Positions 58,070 to 64,000 of a stretch of DNA of 64,000 nt are shown here, one piece after another. The notes below the pieces were generated by a model. The model was not told the DNA's origin and searched no databases. It saw only the letters and a program-made list of their open reading frames with translations. The stretch comes from Candidatus Multivoradales bacterium (GTDB taxonomy: Bacteria; Acidobacteriota; Thermoanaerobaculia; Multivoradales; JAHEKO01). The stretch is from contig CBDCXM010000009.1 in NCBI GenBank assembly GCA_965223855.1, positions 1,184,001-1,248,000 of the forward strand, in the 5' to 3' direction. Made by a program: the position numbers and the translations under genes. Position 1 is the stretch's first letter, and each line of letters starts with the position of its first letter.

Positions 58070-59161
58070 ATGAAGCAGAACATCGTCGTTTTCCTGTCGG
58101 CCCTGGTGCTAGTGGCCTGTGCCGGCACCGCCCCGCCCGTGCAGCCCCCGGAGGCGGAGCTCCCGGACGGCAGCCTCTTTCTCGACGAGCCGCCGGCACC
58201 CGGAGTCGCCGCCAGGGCGGCCGAGTGGGCAACGCTGGAGGATCCGGGAGTCGAGCTCCCCTCGCTGCTCCTCACCTCCCTCTCCGACCTCGAGCTCGCG
58301 GAGCTGTCGCCGGGCGACGAGCGCAGCGCACCGTTCTTCGAGGTGCTGCTCGAGATCCTCGTCGAAGGGCTCGACGATGCGAACTACCTCCTCGCCTTCG
58401 ATCCCGAGGCAGAGCCGTTCCCCGACTTCAGGAACGGCGACGGTGTGCCCCTGGTCTCGATCTCGCGGATCGACCGCGAGCTGTCCACCTGTACCACCAG
58501 GGCCGAGACGGCGGCCGAAGAGGGCGAGGACCTCACAGGCTACGGCGGGCGACAGAAGACCGCGACCGAGGGAATCTGCGGCGGCATTGCGGTGGCGCAC
58601 TCGTTCCTCGAGCTCAATCTCCTGGACGCTCGCAACAAGCTCCGCAACGGCGACAACTTCAACGCCCGCAACCTCGCCAAGCTCCAGGGAAGCAACCGCA
58701 AGCAGATGACCCTCAAGCGGCTCCGTCAGCTCCACCAGGCGGGAGGGGCGACGGTCTGCCGGGCCCCGGCGGGTGCAGGATTCGAGACCAAGAACCTGGG
58801 GGCGCTGCGCAACTTCAATCGTCAGCTCAGTCGATTCGTCAACGACCCGAACCGTGACTGGGACTGCTCGCTCTTCGTCCGCACTCGAAGCCGCGATGGC
58901 GACGTTCTCGCGCACGTCGAGCACGTCACCGCAGTGACGACTCGCGCCGGCACGACCTCGATTCGTACGCTCAACGGCTTCGATCAGGGTAACCAGCGCG
59001 ACCGGGTACCGCTCGCGCCGGGCACCAACACCTGGACCAGCACTCCGGGCGGGAGCCCACCGTTCAAGCTGACTTCGTGCACGGGGCGCAACGGCGCGGC
59101 CACGGTCCGCAGCACCCCCAACGTCGGCCTGGTGAACTACGTCTGCTGCAGGAGACCCTGA
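58070..59161 (+). CDS. Hypothetical lipoprotein, possible papain-like/C39 domain
   Basis: AAGGAG RBS; lipobox LVAC; Q…ICGGIAVAHS, HVEHV, NGFDQ. Confidence 0.65.
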   Translation: MKQNIVVFLSALVLVACAGTAPPVQPPEAELPDGSLFLDEPPAPGVAARAAEWATLEDPGVELPSLLLTSLSDLELAELSPGDERSAPFFEVLLEILVEGLDDANYLLAFDPEAEPFPDFRNGDGVPLVSISRIDRELSTCTTRAETAAEEGEDLTGYGGRQKTATEGICGGIAVAHSFLELNLLDARNKLRNGDNFNARNLAKLQGSNRKQMTLKRLRQLHQAGGATVCRAPAGAGFETKNLGALRNFNRQLSRFVNDPNRDWDCSLFVRTRSRDGDVLAHVEHVTAVTTRAGTTSIRTLNGFDQGNQRDRVPLAPGTNTWTSTPGGSPPFKLTSCTGRNGAATVRSTPNVGLVNYVCCRRP

Positions 59162-59218
59162 CCGCGCTCACCCGGAACCCATACGCTCGAACCCATGCGC
59201 TTCCGGTAGGGTCAGTCG

Positions 59219-59659
59219 ATGAGCGCGACAGGAAGCCTGGAGGCGATCTGGATCAAGCGGTCGAAGCGCGGCCCGATGGATCCGGCGATCGAAGCGGAGT
59301 TAGTGGCGGGGCGGGGGATCGTCGGCAACGCCAATCAGGGCGGGCATCGGCAGGTGACGTTGATCGAGCGCGAGAAGTGGGACGAGATCGCCGCCGAGCT
59401 CGACGGGCCGGTCGAGCCGGAGATGCGGCGGGCCAACCTGCTCGTGAGCGGGGTGCGGCTCAACGACTGCCGCGACCGGGTCCTCAAGATCGGAGACGTC
59501 AGGCTGCGGATGCTGGGTGAGACCCGCCCGTGCCGGCTGATGGACGAGATCCTGCCCGGGCTGCAGGGGGCGCTCGATCCAGACTGGCGCGGCGGGGCCT
59601 ACGGCGAGGTGCTCGACGACGGCGTGCTGACTCTCGGCGACGAGGTCGCCTGGGACTAG
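59219..59659 (+). CDS. MOSC domain protein
   Basis: RQVTLI, RRANLLVSG, ETRPC..M, GG.YG.V..DG.L..GD. Confidence 0.9.
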   Translation: MSATGSLEAIWIKRSKRGPMDPAIEAELVAGRGIVGNANQGGHRQVTLIEREKWDEIAAELDGPVEPEMRRANLLVSGVRLNDCRDRVLKIGDVRLRMLGETRPCRLMDEILPGLQGALDPDWRGGAYGEVLDDGVLTLGDEVAWD

Positions 59660-59759
59660 CCCGGACTGGATCCGCTGCCGCCGGCGCTACCGGTCGGCCT
59701 CCGAGGCGTGCCAAGATCGCGCCGGATGCCCGAACGCGACCGAATCTGGAGGCCCGACG

Positions 59760-61442
59760 ATGCGCCTGTTCGCCTTTGCCGCCGCCGTTGCACTGCTGAC
59801 CCTGACCGCCTGCGCCCCTGTCGAGATGCCGGTGGAAGAGACCGCTGAGGGCCCGTTCGTGGCCGAAGACATCGAGACGCGCCTCGCCCGCTTCGCGCCG
59901 ACCGAGCTGTCGGCCGACCTGGCGGGGGTTCCGGAGAGTGAGATCCCGGTCCTCGTCGAGCTGATCCAGGCGTCGAAGCTGATGGACGAGATTTTCCTGC
60001 GCCAGGTGGCGGAGGGGAACGCCGAACGGCGCGAGGAGGCCCATGCGATCGGCGGCGCACTCGCCACCTACTTCGATCTGAGCTTCGGCCCCTGGGACCG
60101 GCTCGACGACATGGAGGCGTTCTTCGGCGACGTCGAGCACCCGGAAGGGGCGGGCTACTACCCGAGCAACATGACCAAGGAGGAGTTCGAGGCGTGGGTC
60201 GAGGCGAATCCGGACGACGAGGAGGCGTTCCGCGGCCTCTTCACCGTCGTCCGACGCGACGGCGACACCCTCGTCGCCCGGCCCTACTCGGAGGTCTATG
60301 CCGAGTGGCTCGAGCCGGCGGCGGCGCATCTGCGCGCCGCGGCCGCCGCGACCGGGAACGAGACGTTGCGCACCTTCCTCGAGTCGCGCGCCGCCGCATT
60401 CGAGAGCGACGACTACTTCCAGAGCGACATGGACTGGATGGATCTCGACGCCCCGGTCGAGGTGACGATCGGCCCCTACGAGGTCTACGAGGACGGCCTC
60501 TTCGCCTACAAGGCGGCGTTCGAGGGCTTCGTCACCGTCAACCTGCCGGAGCAGTCGGCGGCGCTCGAGCGCTTCAAGTCGATGCTGCCGTGGCTCGAGC
60601 GTCAGCTGCCGATCGACGACGAGCACAAGAATCTCGATCGCGGCTCCGACAGTCCGATCCGGGTGGTCGACGAGGTCTACGTCGGCGGCGACTCGAAGGC
60701 GGGGGTCCAGACGCTCGCCTTCAACCTCCCCAATGACGAGGCGGTGCGCGAGGCGAAGGGCTCGAAGAAGGTGCTGCTACGCAACATCATGCGCGCCAAG
60801 TACGACCAGATCCTCGTGCCGATCGCCGAGCGGGTGGTGGCGGCCGAGCAGGTGGATGCCGTGTCGTTCGACGCCTACTTCGCCGAGGTGCTCCATCACG
60901 AACTCTCGCACGGCCTCGGCCCGGGCAACATCACCGTCGACGGCCGCGAGACGGAGGTGCGGCTCGAGCTCAAGGAGCTCTACTCGACGCTCGAGGAGGC
61001 GAAGGCGGACGTGATGGGGATCTACAACATCCTCCGGCTGATCGAGCGCGGCGAGATCGAGCCGGAGATGCGCGAGACCCTCGAGCCGACCTACGTCGCC
61101 GGCCTCTTCCGCTCCGCCCGCTTCGGCCTCCACGAGGCGCATGGGCGCGGCGTGGTGTCGCAGTTCAACTACCTCCTGGAGAAGGGATCGCTCGAGATCG
61201 ACGAGGAGGGGCGCTTCCGGGTCGTCTCCGACACCTTCGCCGACGGCATAGAAAGCCTGCTGGCCGAGATGCTGAGGCTCCAGGCGACCGGCGACTACGA
61301 CGGCACCGCGACCTTCCTCGACACCTACGGCGTCGCCACCCCGGAGCTCGAGGCGGCGATCGCGAAGCTCGGTGACGTGCCGGTCGACATCCGACCGATC
61401 TACCGCCAGGCGGAGGAGCTGCTGGCCGCCGCCGGGGAGTAG
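59760..61442 (+). CDS. Peptidase M49 (dipeptidyl peptidase III-like) lipoprotein
   Basis: Lipobox LTAC; GPYEVYED, AFNLPND, HHELSHGLGP, LEEAKADV, EAHG. Confidence 0.9.
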   Translation: MRLFAFAAAVALLTLTACAPVEMPVEETAEGPFVAEDIETRLARFAPTELSADLAGVPESEIPVLVELIQASKLMDEIFLRQVAEGNAERREEAHAIGGALATYFDLSFGPWDRLDDMEAFFGDVEHPEGAGYYPSNMTKEEFEAWVEANPDDEEAFRGLFTVVRRDGDTLVARPYSEVYAEWLEPAAAHLRAAAAATGNETLRTFLESRAAAFESDDYFQSDMDWMDLDAPVEVTIGPYEVYEDGLFAYKAAFEGFVTVNLPEQSAALERFKSMLPWLERQLPIDDEHKNLDRGSDSPIRVVDEVYVGGDSKAGVQTLAFNLPNDEAVREAKGSKKVLLRNIMRAKYDQILVPIAERVVAAEQVDAVSFDAYFAEVLHHELSHGLGPGNITVDGRETEVRLELKELYSTLEEAKADVMGIYNILRLIERGEIEPEMRETLEPTYVAGLFRSARFGLHEAHGRGVVSQFNYLLEKGSLEIDEEGRFRVVSDTFADGIESLLAEMLRLQATGDYDGTATFLDTYGVATPELEAAIAKLGDVPVDIRPIYRQAEELLAAAGE

Positions 61443-61515
61443 CTCAGGGAGTCGGGAGGTTGCGAGGAAGTGACCGGAATCCTCTCCGCGTGTCAGACGT
61501 AGTGAGGGGTAGCTG

Positions 61516-62520
61516 ATGTTTCGGACTCTGCGAGCGATAGCGATCTGTCTCGCGGCGCTGGTGTTGCTGGCGTTCGCGCTCTTCCTCGTCAACCAGACCG
61601 CGCAGATCGTCGAGCTGGCCGAGCGTCTCGACCCGCGCTTCGGCACGGCGGTGTTGTGGCTGCTGGTCGCGGGCTTCGCCGGCCTGCTGATCACCCCGGC
61701 GGTGCTGTGGCTTCGCCTGCCGCCGGCGCTCAGCCCCCCGGTGACCGATTCGGGGCCTGAGTTCGAGCGCCATCTCACGCGGCTGCGCAGGAGGCTCGCG
61801 CGCCACCCGGGAGTCGAGGGGCCGCTCGAGACGAGGGAGGAGATCGAGAGTGCCCTCGCACGCCTCGGCGAGGAGGCGGAGGCGATGGTGCGCGAGTCCG
61901 CCGCCGCGGTCTTCCTCTCGACCGCGATCTCCCAGAGCGGCCGGCTCGACGCCTTTCTCGTGCTGGGCGCCCACTTCCGCCTCGTCTGGCGGATGGCGCA
62001 CCACTACTACCAGCGGCCGTCGCTCAGGGACATGCTGTTTCTCTACGCCAACGTCGGCGCCACGGCTTTCCTGGCTGGCGAGCTCGAGGACATCGACGTC
62101 AGCGAGCAGGTACAGCCGATCCTCTCGTCGGTGCTCGGCAGCGCCGCGACGGCGATCCCCGGCTTCCAGACCGCTTCGACGATCCTCGTCCACTCGGTGC
62201 TCACCGGGTCGGCGAACGCTTTCCTCACCCTGCGGGTCGGCATGATCGCCCGCGGCTACTGCTCTTCGCTGGTGCGCCAGGAGCGCCGCCCGCTGCGTCG
62301 CTCGGCAAGCGCTCAGGCGGCGAGGATGCTCGGCGCGATCGTCAGCCGCGGAGCGCGCACCCTGGTGAAGTCGGTCGCCAGGGCATCGAAGGACAAGCTC
62401 TTCGGCACCACTCCCGAGGCGGAGGCGCTGCTCGAGGAGGGCGACGATCTCGAGACGTCCATCACCGGGACGCCGAAGTCCGGCTGGTGGTCGCGCTTCC
62501 GGCGCGGCACCGCAGGTTGA
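61516..62520 (+). CDS. YcjF/DUF697 family membrane protein
   Basis: Two N-terminal TMs; TAISQSGRLD, YYQRP, G..NAFLTLRVG. Confidence 0.8.
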   Translation: MFRTLRAIAICLAALVLLAFALFLVNQTAQIVELAERLDPRFGTAVLWLLVAGFAGLLITPAVLWLRLPPALSPPVTDSGPEFERHLTRLRRRLARHPGVEGPLETREEIESALARLGEEAEAMVRESAAAVFLSTAISQSGRLDAFLVLGAHFRLVWRMAHHYYQRPSLRDMLFLYANVGATAFLAGELEDIDVSEQVQPILSSVLGSAATAIPGFQTASTILVHSVLTGSANAFLTLRVGMIARGYCSSLVRQERRPLRRSASAQAARMLGAIVSRGARTLVKSVARASKDKLFGTTPEAEALLEEGDDLETSITGTPKSGWWSRFRRGTAG

Positions 62521-62522
62521 GG

Positions 62523-63248
62523 CTACCCGGTCGCGAATCGCCGCGAGCGGGTGAGCTGCCGCAGCACGTAGAAGAAGAGCATCGCGATCGAGGCAAAGAG
62601 CGCCAGCGCCTCGGCGACGTAGCGGTTCTTCCGATGCCTCCTGAGGACCCGTGAGGTGTCGTGGAGGATGCCGCCGCCGGCGAGCGCGATCATGCCCAGG
62701 TTGAACCAGGTGCCGAGGTGCCAGCCGAAGGCGAGCGCGGCGACGATGGTGACGATCGCCATCAGGCCGCCCCAGCGCAGCAGGCTTCCGAGGAACGAAA
62801 AGTCGGCGCCGCTCCACCAGACGACGAGGGTGAGCGCCGCGGTGCCCATCAGCGTGATCTGTGCGGCGCTCGCGATCAGGTCGGGGGCGAAGCGCTCGGC
62901 CCGCACCAGGAGCGGCACGACGATGATCCCCTTGGCGACGACGTAGCCGGCGAGCGCGGCGTACTGGGCGAGCACCGAGTCGAGCTTCCACGCCGCCTTG
63001 CGCGCCAGCCAGCCGACGACCATGAAAGCGCCCAGGATCAGAATCCACGGCACCTCCCGCAGGCTTTCGAGCAGCCGGTGGGCGAGGCCGCTGCGGAAGA
63101 GCGCCACCTCGAAGGCGACCAGGGCGACGAGCGCGCCGGCGACGTGCAGGTAGACGCGGGTGAGGAACCCCTGCCGCGCCTCGGCTCTCCCTGCGCCCCG
63201 TCCTGAGGGCCGGCCGCCGCGGCCCCGTGCTGCCGCCTTCGTCGTCAC
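62523..63248 (-). CDS. Bax inhibitor-1/YccA family membrane protein
   Basis: FLTRVY.H, DFSFLG, ILHDTS, ALFASIAMLFFY; about 7 TMs. Confidence 0.85.
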   Translation of the reverse strand: MTTKAAARGRGGRPSGRGAGRAEARQGFLTRVYLHVAGALVALVAFEVALFRSGLAHRLLESLREVPWILILGAFMVVGWLARKAAWKLDSVLAQYAALAGYVVAKGIIVVPLLVRAERFAPDLIASAAQITLMGTAALTLVVWWSGADFSFLGSLLRWGGLMAIVTIVAALAFGWHLGTWFNLGMIALAGGGILHDTSRVLRRHRKNRYVAEALALFASIAMLFFYVLRQLTRSRRFATG

Positions 63249-63249
63249 G

Positions 63250-63945
63250 TCAGAACGGAACGTCGACCGCCTGGCACAGCCAGCGGATGAACGGCGCGGC
63301 CAGCTTGCAATGGGCTTCGAAGTTGTCGAGGAAGTCCGGTGACAGGATCTCCTTCTGTGTGAAACGGGCCGAGGCGATGAAGTCCTTACGCTTCAGATCC
63401 TCGATCAGCGGGTGGTCCTCGTCGTAATCGCGCGGCGCGCGCTTGAGAGACTCGCCGCCGAAGTCGAACCGATCGCGGAAGCGCGCGTTGTCGCGCACCC
63501 GCTTCCAGCCGCGACGGTCGGTGTCGATCCTGGCGCGGATCCCCTTGAGACTCGGTGAGTCGGGATGCCACATGCCGACGCCGATGAAGCTCCCGCCCGG
63601 CTCGACGTGGAGGTAGAAGCCGGGGGCGTGTACGTCCTTCGCCTGCTTGTGGCGGAACTGGATGCCGAGGTGGGTTTTGTAGGGCGTCTTGATCTTCGAG
63701 AAGCGGGTGTCCCGGTAGATCCGGAACAGCGATCCTCCGGTCGCCTTCGGGATGGCGTTGAAGTGCGGGCTGATCTTCGCCAACCGCGGGCCGAAGTCGC
63801 TGATGAAGGCGAGCGCCGGATCCTTGAGATGGTCTTCGTAGCGATCCTTGTTGGCCTGGAACCAGTCGCGATCGTTGTTGGCGGCCAGATCCTTGAGGAA
63901 GGCGAAGAGGGCGGGCCGGAAGCGGGCGGTCGAGGTGGCGGGCAT
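63250..63945 (-). CDS. DUF2461 (TIGR02453) family protein
   Basis: FLKDL..NNDRDWF, FRIYRDTRFSK..PYK, PGFYLH, LKRAPR, LKRKDF. Confidence 0.92.
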   Translation of the reverse strand: MPATSTARFRPALFAFLKDLAANNDRDWFQANKDRYEDHLKDPALAFISDFGPRLAKISPHFNAIPKATGGSLFRIYRDTRFSKIKTPYKTHLGIQFRHKQAKDVHAPGFYLHVEPGGSFIGVGMWHPDSPSLKGIRARIDTDRRGWKRVRDNARFRDRFDFGGESLKRAPRDYDEDHPLIEDLKRKDFIASARFTQKEILSPDFLDNFEAHCKLAAPFIRWLCQAVDVPF

Positions 63946-64000
63946 CTGACGGGTCTCCTGTTCGGTGAGAGGCGCCAGTGTAACCACTTGTGCGTCAGCG

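Noticed and set aside
1-64000. CRISPR arrays, tRNA/rRNA genes, IS elements, integrases
   Set aside because: None recognised by eye; intergenic gaps are all under about 270 nt with no regular repeat-spacer pattern.

Overview
High-GC bacterial chromosomal segment with about 46 densely packed genes. Gene content (STK-linked ECF sigma factor, PD40 propeller kinases, 'FEDGFESGD' and 'PVELxxFxxE' C-terminal tails, VPS10-like protein) suggests an Acidobacteriota/Thermoanaerobaculia-like organism (inference). No rRNA, tRNA, CRISPR array, integrase or transposase was recognised. Main blocks: (1) cyanophycin synthetase cphA, 5'-truncated, followed by a CphA-derived paralogue that has lost the ATP-grasp domain; (2) a translationally coupled 7-gene operon in which an amidase and FdrA/YlbE (AllF/AllG-like) genes sit inside a CoxM-S-L-G-type molybdoenzyme cluster; (3) an ECF sigma factor with a duplicated [small exported protein + membrane Ser/Thr kinase/beta-propeller] module; (4) NCS2 permease, TPR-CHAT protease, GMC oxidoreductase, alr, ade; (5) a 1570-aa exported SH3 / coiled-coil / NTF2-like protein, an ABC-2 transporter, a TonB receptor with a GH113-like enzyme, and a bactofilin preceded by a G-U-supported RNA stem; (6) PilZ, LolA-like plus VPS10-like pair, Fluc, MOSC, M49 peptidase, YcjF, BI-1 and DUF2461. 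All calls rest on motif recognition by eye, with no database searches. Start codons were often re-chosen relative to the ORF track.
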